Shown piece after piece: positions 52,218 through 63,056 of a DNA stretch of 64,000 bases; the first letter of the stretch is position 1, and each line of letters starts with the position of its first letter. Source of the stretch: an uncultured Acidimicrobiia bacterium (lineage in GTDB: Bacteria > Actinomycetota > Acidimicrobiia > Spongiisociales > UBA5794). Position numbers and translations under genes: made by a program. The notes below the pieces were generated by a model. That model did not search any database. It was not told the DNA's origin and saw nothing but the letters and a program-made list of their open reading frames with translations. The stretch covers positions 560,535-624,534 of the forward strand of contig CAWEUW010000007.1 in assembly GCA_963812375.1 (NCBI GenBank), read 5' to 3'.

Positions 52218-53151
52218 GGACCTCTATTGGATGGGTCGCTACATCGAGCGGGCCGAGGACACCGCCCGGCTGCTCGACGTGACCTACCACAACATGCTGG
52301 AGGTGGCGCCCGGCGAGGCGACCGCCGGTTGGGGTGAGCTGCTCCAGGTGCTCTTCGTGGACAGCGGCTTCGACGGCGACGTCACCGACTCGCAGGCGGT
52401 GACCCACTACGTGGTGCTCGACCCGGACAACGCCGCCTCGATCCGGTCGTCGGTGAGGCGGGGCCGGCACAACGCCCGGGGCCTGCGCGACCGGATCTCC
52501 ACCGAGCTGTGGGAGTCGATGAACTCCTTCTACCTCGAGCTGAACGCCCGGGACGTGCGCGCCGAGCTGGCCCGCCACCCCTACGAGGTGTACCGGTGGG
52601 TGCGCAACCAGTGCCAGCTCCTGTCCGGCGTCGCCTCCGAGACCATGCCCCGCGACGACGGCTACCGGTTCCTCGTCCTGGGCAGGTGGCTGGAGCGGGC
52701 CGAGATGACCTGCCGCCTGCTGGCGGTGCGCTACAAGGCGCTCGGCGGCACCCGGGAGATGGAGTTCCACTGGTGGGCGGGCCTGCTCAGCTCGGTGTCG
52801 GCGTTCGAGGCCTACCTCAAAGAGCACCGGGCCTCGGTCGACCCGGCCCGGGTCCTCGAGTTCCTGCTGCTGTCACCCGGGTTCCCCCGCAGCATCCTGT
52901 TCTGCCTGCGCGCCACCGAACAGCAACTCGACACGCTGATCCCGGCTGAGCAGAGGGTGAGTGCCCAGCGGCTCCTGGGAAGGGTGCGCGCCGGGGTCGA
53001 GTACTGCGATGTCGAGGACCTGGTGGTCGAGGGGCTGGGTGAGTTCCTCGACCACCTGCAGGTGGACATCTGGAAGGTGGGTGAGGCGATCGACGCCCAC
53101 TTCTTCCGCCATGGCGCCGATCTCGACCTCCACGCCTACATGTCGACGTGA
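52198..53151 (+). CDS. Alpha-E domain protein
   Basis: MLAR.AE.LYWMGRY.ERAE..ARLL, AR..R..IS.E.WE..N, GR..ERA..T.R, FPRS..FCL. Confidence 0.92.
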   Translation: MLARHAEDLYWMGRYIERAEDTARLLDVTYHNMLEVAPGEATAGWGELLQVLFVDSGFDGDVTDSQAVTHYVVLDPDNAASIRSSVRRGRHNARGLRDRISTELWESMNSFYLELNARDVRAELARHPYEVYRWVRNQCQLLSGVASETMPRDDGYRFLVLGRWLERAEMTCRLLAVRYKALGGTREMEFHWWAGLLSSVSAFEAYLKEHRASVDPARVLEFLLLSPGFPRSILFCLRATEQQLDTLIPAEQRVSAQRLLGRVRAGVEYCDVEDLVVEGLGEFLDHLQVDIWKVGEAIDAHFFRHGADLDLHAYMST

Positions 53152-53182
53152 GCCGCCCGAAGGCGAGGCACCGGTGAGTGGA

Positions 53183-54076
53183 ATGCGCCTGGAGATCCGC
53201 TACGTCACCGACTTCCAGTACCCCGAGCGGGTGCGGGAATCGCACAACGTGCTGCGCGCCCGGCCGGCCACCGACGCCCACCAACGGTTGATCTCCTATC
53301 GGGCCACCGTCCATCCCACCGCCCGGGTCTTCTCATACGTCGACTATTGGGGCACGTGGGTCGATGTGTTCGGGGTCCGCCGGCCGCACGAGCGGCTGAT
53401 CATCGCCGCCGACTCGGTGGTGGAGGTGGCGGAGCGCCCGGGGCCGGACGCCTCGTACCCGTTTGCGGCGTACCTCTCCGAGGAGGTGCGCACCGCCAAC
53501 TGGGCCTACCTGCAACCCAGTCGGCATGCCGGCTTCGGCGTGGCGACGCAGTCGTTGACGCGGGACGCCGTCGCCGGGGTGGACGACGGGCTGGAGGCGG
53601 TGGTCGCCATCCACGACGCGGTCCGGGGCGCCCTGGAGTACACGAGCGGGGCGACGTACGTCGGGATGGACCTGGCCGAGGTGGTCGCCGCCGGCAAGGG
53701 GGTGTGCCAGGACTACGCCCACCTGGCGCTCGCCCTGTACCGGACCGCCGGGATCCCGGCGCGCTACGTCTCCGGCTACCTCTATTCCGAGGACCAGTCG
53801 TCGGGCGCCGCCCCGGACAGCGCCGAGATCGGGGTGCAGACCCACGCCTGGGTCGAGGTGCTGGTGCCGGGGTGGGGGTGGTGGGGGATCGACCCGACCA
53901 ACGCCACGCCGGTGTCGTCGCGGCACGCCAAGATCGGCCACGGCCGCGACTACGACGACGTGATGCCGCTGCGGGGCACCTATCACGGGGAACCGGAGCA
54001 TGTCCTCGACGTCGCGGTGCGCATCAGCAGAGAGACGCTCTCCGCCTTTCAGCAGGCCCAGGCGCAACAGCAGTAG
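53183..54076 (+). CDS. Bacterial transglutaminase-like protein (N-terminal domain plus core)
   Basis: I.Y.T.F.Y...V.ES.N.LR.RP, GVCQD.AH (Cys), ARYVSGYL, THAW.E (His), DPTN (Asp), GRDY.DV.P..G. Confidence 0.92.
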   Translation: MRLEIRYVTDFQYPERVRESHNVLRARPATDAHQRLISYRATVHPTARVFSYVDYWGTWVDVFGVRRPHERLIIAADSVVEVAERPGPDASYPFAAYLSEEVRTANWAYLQPSRHAGFGVATQSLTRDAVAGVDDGLEAVVAIHDAVRGALEYTSGATYVGMDLAEVVAAGKGVCQDYAHLALALYRTAGIPARYVSGYLYSEDQSSGAAPDSAEIGVQTHAWVEVLVPGWGWWGIDPTNATPVSSRHAKIGHGRDYDDVMPLRGTYHGEPEHVLDVAVRISRETLSAFQQAQAQQQ

Positions 54077-54104
54077 TCACCCCGGCTCTCGCATCCCCGT
54101 GACC

Positions 54105-54141
54105 TTTCCCCTCCCCAGGATGGCGTTCCCTCCCAAGGATG
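54105..54141 (+). repeat. Partial outer-half copies of the left repeat of cassette 2
   Basis: TTTCCCCTCCCCAGGATGG (54105-54123) and TTCCCTCCCAAGGATG (54126-54141) precede the full left end. Confidence 0.75.
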
Positions 54142-54159
54142 CCTTTCCCGGGCGGGCCG

Positions 54160-54760
54160 TCCCTCCCAGGATGGGGAGGGGGCCGCCGTCAGGCGGCGGG
54201 GAGGGGTGTTCCAGCGAGATCACCTGACCGAGCCCGAAGCGTCGCCGACATCCCCACCCCGAGGTCGGTGGCCTTGAACCGTCGCCGCCTCTGCGATATG
54301 CAGCAGGGATGGACGTCGACGACCGTGAGTGGATCGTGACTCGAGCCGCCGAGCTGCGTGGGGCGATGCCCGACGCCGAGGTCATTCTGTGGAGCCACCT
54401 GCGACGGCGGGCTCTCGACGGGTACCGGTTCCGCCGCCAGTACATCGTTGGGCGGGTGATTCTCGACTTCTACTGCCCGCAGCGGCGGCTCGCCATCGAG
54501 GTGGACGGACCGACCCACGACCCCACCGACGACGGACAAAGGGACGCGTGGCTGGCAACCAGGGGGATCCGGGTACTGCGTGTCGGCAACGACGACGTGT
54601 ACCGGCACCTCGATGCTGTGTTGGCCGACATCAGGGTCGCCCTGATGGTTCAGCCGGGGAAACGTCCCCGGAACCGGCGGGAACGGTGAGCTTCAGCGGA
54701 AGGCGAGTACCCCTCCCCGGCCACTACGTGGCCACCCCTCCCCATCCTGGGGAGGGGAAA
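54160..54760 (+). mobile_element. DUF559 cassette 2: endonuclease gene flanked by composite hairpin inverted repeats
   Basis: Left 54160-54208 TCCCTCCC-AGGAT-GGGGAGGGG-GCCGCC-GTCA-GGCGGC-GGGGAGGGGTG. Right 54708-54760 TACCCCTCCCC-GGCCAC-TAC-GTGGCC-A-CCCCTCCCC-ATCCT-GGGGAGGGG-AAA. Confidence 0.65.
54309..54689 (+). CDS. DUF559 / Vsr-like endonuclease domain protein (paralog of 10742-11119)
   Basis: Same motifs; by manual alignment about 95 of 126 positions are identical (~75%) to the first copy. Confidence 0.9.
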   Translation: MDVDDREWIVTRAAELRGAMPDAEVILWSHLRRRALDGYRFRRQYIVGRVILDFYCPQRRLAIEVDGPTHDPTDDGQRDAWLATRGIRVLRVGNDDVYRHLDAVLADIRVALMVQPGKRPRNRRER

Positions 54761-54886
54761 CCGCGTTCCGGGGAGGGGAAACCCACTCTCGGGGACGGGG
54801 CACCCGTTCCGGGCCGACCGGGAGGGCGACGCGGGTTGGCGGCGGCGGATACGATGCGGGCTGCCCGCCATCGTGGAGGATCCTCA

Positions 54887-56843
<1,957 letters not shown>

Positions 56844-56920
56844 GCCGTCGCCCGGCGGCCGATGGGTCTGATCGAAGAGGTTCGCGCCGAGTGCGAGCCC
56901 TCGACGCCGGCGATCTCCCG

Positions 56921-59900
56921 CTAGGCCTCGACGCCGATGATGATCCGGTTGGTGGCGACGTTCTCCCGGTATGAGCGGCGGACTTGCGGGTCGCCCAACC
57001 GCGACGAGGTCTCCTCGATGTGCTCTCTGGCCATATCGGTGACGTCTGCCGCCGCGGCGGCATCTCCTTGGGCATCCAGGACCTGCCGGCACGCCAGCAA
57101 GCGCATCCACCGGATCCTCGATGCCGCCGGCGCCGGTATGCCGGATGTGGGCGACGACTTCATCGACCAGGCTCCGCGCCTCGTCCTCCCTTCCCAGGGC
57201 GTGCAGGGTCACGGCGAACCCTGCCTTCGCCTCGACCTCCCGTCCCCGGTTGTCGAGCTCTGCGTGGAGCTCGAGCGCCCGCCGGTACGCCGCTTCGGCC
57301 TCCTCGAAGCGCCCCTCCCCGAACGACAAGTGGCCCAGCCGGGCCAGGGCGGCGGCGTTCTCGGTGGGGAGGCTGGCGGCGGTTGCGGTGGCCACCGCCT
57401 GCTCGGCCAGCGACCGGGCCTTGGGGGTGTCGCCGGACGCCTCGGCCAGATCGGCGAGCATCTCGAGAACCTGGGCCTCACCCTGCTGGTCACCCTCCTC
57501 GACGAACAGGCGGCGTGACTCCGAGAGCCGGGCCTCCGCTTCATCGAACCGTCCGGTGCGCAGCGCGATGAAGCCGCAACCTTGGTGGGACGACGCCTCG
57601 CCCTCGAGGTCGTCGATCTGAAGGGCGATCTCCAAGGTGCGGGCGAAGGCGTCGGTGGCGGCGTCGTAGTCGTGCTGGGCCAGCGCCACCAGGGCCACGT
57701 TGTTGAGCACGCGGTTCTCGCCGAGAAGGTCGCCCATGGCCCGCTTGGCGGCCAGGGCCTGGTCGAAGCTGGACCGGGCGGTGGCGTAGTCCCCACGGTC
57801 GAAGGCGAGGATGCCCGTGCTGTTGAGCACCCGGCTCAGCCCGCTCCGGCCGGAGACGAGCCGCCAGCGCCGGGCGCTCTCCCGGTAGTCGGCTTCGGCC
57901 TCGTCCCACCGGCCGGTGAGGTGATGGGCCACGCCCCGGTTGTGCTGGGCGTTGGCCGCCAGGGTCTCGTGGCCGCCGGAGACGGCGAGGTCGAGCGCCT
58001 CGGTCAGCACGGGCAGGGCCTCGGTGGGGTTGCCCTGATGCCACAGCGCGATTCCCAGCGCGAGCAGGGCGCGCGCCACCAGCTCGGGGTCGTCGAGACG
58101 CCGCGCCATCTCGGCGGCTTCCTGGGCATGGGCCTCGGCATCGGCCTGCCTGCCGGTGTCGGTGGCCTGCTCGGCGCGCGCGTAGGGCGACATCGATCCG
58201 CTTGCGATCGTCGGCAAGGCGGTCGGCCAGCCGTGCCAGGGCGTCGAGATCCTCGGTCTCCGCGGCTCGATCCCCGAGGATGCCGTGGATCTCCTGGCGG
58301 GTCCCGGCCACCTCGTATCGCAGCTCGAGGTCGTCTTCGTCCGTCAGCCCCTCGGCCTTCTCCAGCAGCGCCAGGGCCTCGGTGTTGGCATAGCGGCCGG
58401 CGGCCGACCTTCCCGCCCGCAGGTACCAGGTGGCGGCCTCGCCGGCCTGTCCGGCTTCGTCGTGGTGGGCGGCGACGAGGGCGGCGAACTCGTCGGCGCG
58501 GGCGGTGGCCTCGACGACGGCGCTCAGCCAGGCTGCTGCCCTGGCGTGGTAGTCCCGCCGCACCCGGCGCAGCACCGACCCATAGGCCACCTCGCGCAGC
58601 ACGGCATGCTTGAAGACGTACTCGTCGGCGTCGGCGATGCTCGACATCTCCCTTCCGTACACGAGCTCGCGGGTGCGGAGCTCGGTCAGGGGGCCGGCGA
58701 CGTCGCCGCCGTCCCCCAGCGCCGCCACCGCCCGGTCCCAGAAGCTGCGCCCGATGACGGCGGCACGGTGCAGCACGGACTTCTCCTCGGGGTCGAGCAC
58801 GTCGATCCTCGCCTGCAGGACACCGACGAGCGTCTCCGGGACCCGGACCGTGGTGAGCCGGTCGTGGGCCACGCTCCAGGCGTCGGTGCCCTTCACCACG
58901 ACCCCGTCCTCGATGAGCATCTTCACCAGCTCCTCGACGTGGAAGGGATTCCCCTCGGCGGTGCCGGCCACGGTGTCGCGCAGGTCGTCGGGGAGGTCGG
59001 GTACCTCCCGCAGGATGTCCACGACCAGGCGCCGGCTGTCCCGGGCGCTCAGCGGGAGCAGGTCGACCCTCCGGTGGCGCCGCTCGCCGGCCTGCCACGA
59101 GGGGCGTCGGGCATGGAGGGCGGGTCGGGCGCCGCACACCACCAGGATCCGCGCCTCCACGGGCTCGGTCACCAAGCTTGCGGCCAGATCGAGCGAGGCG
59201 TCGTCCGCCCAGTGGATGTCGTCGAGGACGATCACCACCGGGTCTCCGGCTGCGAGCTGGTGCACCCACTCGGTGAAGGCGGCCATCCCCTGCTCCCTGG
59301 CCGCCTGCGGCTCAAGGTCGACGGGCAGCGACTCGGGACCCAGGTCGAACCCGAGGAGGTGGCCGATGAGGGCGGACCGGTCGCCGTCGAGCCCGAGCGA
59401 GGCGATGGGGCCGCCGGCGTCGCCGAAGCCGGCGGCCAGCTTGTCCCGTAACACGGGAGGGGGATCCGTGTCGAGGATCTGGAACCGGAAGGCGATGGTG
59501 TCGCGCAGCAGGGAGAACGCGTCGCCGTCGGCGCCCTGGCGGGCCCGGCCCTTCACGTACACGATCTCGTCGGGGAGGAGATCGAGCCAGGCGACGAACT
59601 CCTCGAGCAACCGTGACTTCCCCATCCCGGCGTCGGCGACCACGGTGACCATGCCTGGTTCGCCCTCGGCGGCGGCGTGGAAGGCCTCCTGCAGGCGGTG
59701 GAGCTCGGCCTCCCGGCCCACCATTGAGGTCTCCACTCCCTCGACACCACGGGTGGGGGACCGGAACGAGCGGGGCTTGGCTCGTTCCACGACATAGGCC
59801 CGCACCGGGTCCGACTTGCCCTTGAGGTCGAGCGGCGGCACCTCCTGCACGTCGAAGATGCCACGGACGTGGCGGAAGGTGGAGTGGGCGATGAGGATCC

Positions 59901-60486
59901 CGTTCACGGGAGCTGCGGCCTGGAGCCGGGCGGCGACGTTGATGGGGTCTCCAATCGCCACCCACTCCTCCTCGCGGCGGTCGCCCACCGCCCCGATCAC
60001 CACCTCGCCGGTGTTGACGCCCACCCGCATAGCCAGCTCCGGACCGCCCTCGCTGTCCAGGGCCTGGTTGAGGTCGGCCAGCGAGCCCACCATGTCGAGG
60101 GCGGCGAGCACCGCCCGCTCCGGGTCGTCCTCGTAGGCCTGGCGCATACCGAACACCGCCATCACCGCGTCGCCGATGAACTTCTCGACCACGCCGCCGC
60201 GCGCCTCGATCGCCGCCGTCCAGAGAGCGAAGTAGCGGTCGAGCACCTCGCGGACATCCTCGGGGTCGAGTCGCTCCGACATCTCGGTGAAGCCGACCAG
60301 ATCGGCGAAGAGGGTGGTCACCTGCTTGCGCTCTTCGGCCACCGGCGAATCGAGGGCAGCGATGCGCTCCCGCAACGGGCCGACCCCCGCGTCGACGACG
60401 GCATCGCCCAGGGTCTCCCGCTGCGCTTCCAGCGCCTCGATGGCGGCGCGCAACCGGGCTCGCTCGTCCGAGGGCCCGGCGGTCAC
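56921..60486 (-). CDS. Class III adenylate/guanylate cyclase fused to STAND AAA ATPase and TPR repeats (frameshifts near 58200, 57130)
   Basis: LFADLVGFT, EKFIGDAVMAVFG, GDPINVAARLQ; VGREAEL, ADAGMGKSRL, LDDIHWAD, GNPF..EEL, F.HA.LREVAY; multiple TPRs. GTG overlaps the upstream stop (GTGA). Confidence 0.9.
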
Positions 60487-61521
60487 CTGGTGCGCTCCAC
60501 CATGTACGGGATCATCGCGGTGAGGAAGCGGCGGGCGGGCGAGTCCGGCACCCCGGCGAAAGCGACCTGGAAGGAGACGGTGGCCGAGGCGGCGATGCCC
60601 CGGGCGAACTCGGCGGCGAAGGCAAGGCTCCCGTGGTCGTCGATCCAGGCCCGCACCGTCTCGACCTCGGCGGCGGTCCGCTCCGACCGCGGCTTGGCGA
60701 GGAACGCCGCCAGCTCGACCCGCTCGGTCGGGTCGGCGGCGGCGAGCAGGTGGATGAGGACGAGGGTGCGCTTGCCCTCCCACAGGTCGCCGTTGAGCTC
60801 CTTCCCGTAGCCGGCGCCCCCGGTGAGGTTCAGGACGTCGTCCTGGATCTGGAAGGCGGCGCCCAGGTTGAACCCGAAGCCGATCAGCGGCTCCAGGTCG
60901 ACGGCGCCACGGCCGCCGATGAGCGCGCCCATCCGCAGCGGCAGCACCGTTGTGTACCAGCACGTCTTCTTCATGATCAGCTCGAGGTAGTCGTCCGGGT
61001 CGAGGTCGAGCCGGTTGTCGATGCGCCAGCCGAGCTCCAGCGCCTGGCCTTCGACGGTCTGTCTCCCCATGAAGGCGAACTCGCCGACGACGCGCTCGGC
61101 GATCCGGGGCCCGAGCCGGCGTCCGGCGTCGTGCACCGCTTGCAGGGCGTACACGGCGAGGGCGTCACCGGCGTTGAGCGCCAGCGGCAGGCCGTAGCGG
61201 CGGTGCAACGCAGGGCCGCCCCGGCGCAGCTCGCTGTCGTCCTCGATGTCGTCGTGGACGAGGAACGCGTTGTGGAGCAGCTCGATGGCGGCGGCGACGG
61301 GGAGAGCGTCGGCGGCGTCGCCCCCGAACGCTTCGCAGGTGGCAAGGCACAGGGCCGGTCGGAGACCCTTGCCGGGGCGCCCCGGGTAGTCGGCCACCGG
61401 TGCACCCAGGTAGACGTCGGAGCCGTCCGGCAGGTACCGGGCGATCGCCTCTTCGGTGATCCTGCGGTAGGCGACGAGCCGCTGCTCGAACCAGGTGCTC
61501 TTCGACGGTGGCTGCGACCAT
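60483..61521 (-). CDS. Trans-polyprenyl diphosphate synthase (GGPP synthase-like), frameshift near 61490
   Basis: GKGLRP.LC, ELLHNAFLVHDDIED..E.RRG (FARM), GD.L, EGQ..E, KT..Y, FQI.DD.LN (SARM), EGK.TL. Confidence 0.9.
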
Positions 61522-61675
61522 CGGGAGAGGCTACGCCGTCAGGCGGAGACGCTGTGCTGATGGCTCTACGCCTGACGGCCCATCGCTGTGCGAGGGGTGA
61601 GCTCCAACCCCCGTCGCCGAATCAGCGCCTGGGGGCGGTACCCGTGCGATCGGCCGGCCGCCCCGCCGACCTTGC

Positions 61676-62233
61676 TCAGCTGCGCCGTCGGTGCCCGACA
61701 CCGTCGGCGACGGCGTTGAGCCTGGCGTCCCGGTGTGGCCCGGGTGCCTTGCGCTTGTTGGGCATCACGTCGGGAGGCTGCATCTGGCGAGGGATCAGGT
61801 GGCCGTGGTCGGCGGTGGCCGCGATCAGATGGCGTGCCGGAACCGCCGGGATCCCCAGGGCGGCGGCGGCGGCCCGGGTGCGCTGCCGCTTGTCGCCGTG
61901 CGAGAACGGCAGGGCCACGGCGACCACCGAGGCGTGCTCGGCGCGCATGCCGTGGGCGTGCAGCTCGATGCTGCCCCACAACGCCACGGCCCCGTTGACG
62001 AGGTCATGGGTCATCGAGGCGGCGCGAGGGTACGGCTGGTACCGGGCGTAGAAGCCGCAGGTGCACCCTTTGGCCGGCACCGGCTCGTCGTGGGGGCGGG
62101 AGGAGAGGCACACGGCGGTGTGCTCGCCCTCGTGCCAGCGGTGGGCGGCGTGTGTCGACCACAGCCCCGATCCGATCACCCGGAACTGGCGGAAGCCGAT
62201 GACGACCCCGATGAAGTCGGGCGCCGCGTCCAT
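61676..62233 (-). CDS. Conserved hypothetical protein with Cys/His motif (C...H...P..GCTCGFYA)
   Basis: GFRQF, AVC...PH..P...CTCGFYA, V.GAV.LWG.IELH.HG.RAE.A; a pattern I recognise among uncharacterised actinobacterial/phage proteins. Confidence 0.7.
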   Translation of the reverse strand: MDAAPDFIGVVIGFRQFRVIGSGLWSTHAAHRWHEGEHTAVCLSSRPHDEPVPAKGCTCGFYARYQPYPRAASMTHDLVNGAVALWGSIELHAHGMRAEHASVVAVALPFSHGDKRQRTRAAAAALGIPAVPARHLIAATADHGHLIPRQMQPPDVMPNKRKAPGPHRDARLNAVADGVGHRRRS

Positions 62234-62246
62234 CGACGTGCCCGTC

Positions 62247-62420
62247 TCAGCCGGTCGGTTGGCGCGGTTCGGCGGGTTGCCGGGCAGGCTCCGGCTCGAC
62301 CTTGGCCGGTGGGGCGGGAACCGGCTGGCGCACCGGCTCGACGACGATCGTCTTCGACGGTCCGTCGAGCGAAGCGCTCAGTGACCGCTCCTCAGGCGGC
62401 GGGCTGCTCTCAGTACCCAT
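62247..62420 (-). CDS. 57-aa Pro/Glu-rich peptide (absent from the ORF track)
   Basis: Manual translation MGTESSPPPEERSLSASLDGPSKTIVVEPVRQPVPAPPAKVEPEPARQPAEPRQPTG*; GAGGTG RBS 4 nt before ATG; stop 13 nt before the next ATG. Confidence 0.6.
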   Translation of the reverse strand: MGTESSPPPEERSLSASLDGPSKTIVVEPVRQPVPAPPAKVEPEPARQPAEPRQPTG

Positions 62421-62495
62421 GGGGCACCTCGTTCACAGATCGGGAGTGTGGCTCTACCAGGATACGCCCCATAGGCCCACAGGGGTTCGGCCAGT

Positions 62496-63056
62496 TCAGC
62501 GGTCCGGCCCCACCGCCACCCGGAGGGCGAGCACGGCACCGGGATGCCCGTCTGCGGTCACCACTCCTTGGTAGTCACCGGGCCGGGCCCCCGGGTGGGT
62601 CCTCACCAGCACCGTTGCCGAGCGGCTGGTGCCCGCCGGTACCGTCCCGAGCGACCGAGGTGAGAAGGTGACCGCAATGGCCGGGATGCGCCCCATCTGG
62701 CCCACCAGGTCGGAGGCGGCCAGGGTCAACGTCGCCGGCGCCCCGGTCGTGTTGTGTACCCACAGGGTCGCCGTGCCCTCGCCGCCGGGCTCGGGCACCG
62801 CCACCTCCAGCCGCTCCCCGCCCCGGTCGCCTGGGGCGGGCCCAGCGGTCAGCTCGGCAAGGTCCTGGATCACCCGCAGCATCGCCACCGTCGCCTCCAC
62901 GACGTCCCCGGCGAGCCGGTCGAACCGACCATCCCCACCGGTGTCGAGCGGCGCCACCAGCCGGGAGAAGCGGTGGGCGACCTCGGCAGCCGTCTCTATG
63001 CCGAGCCGGCGCACCTCGTCAATCAGCCGGCGCCCCGTTCCAGAGTCGCCGGTCAC
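62496..63056 (-). CDS. Hypothetical protein (helical N-terminus, Ig-like beta C-terminus)
   Basis: GTG overlaps the oxidoreductase stop; ...TATLWVHNTTG...V.F.P...VP.G.SR...V.V....A.PG.Y.G; no family recognised. Confidence 0.6.
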   Translation of the reverse strand: MTGDSGTGRRLIDEVRRLGIETAAEVAHRFSRLVAPLDTGGDGRFDRLAGDVVEATVAMLRVIQDLAELTAGPAPGDRGGERLEVAVPEPGGEGTATLWVHNTTGAPATLTLAASDLVGQMGRIPAIAVTFSPRSLGTVPAGTSRSATVLVRTHPGARPGDYQGVVTADGHPGAVLALRVAVGPDR

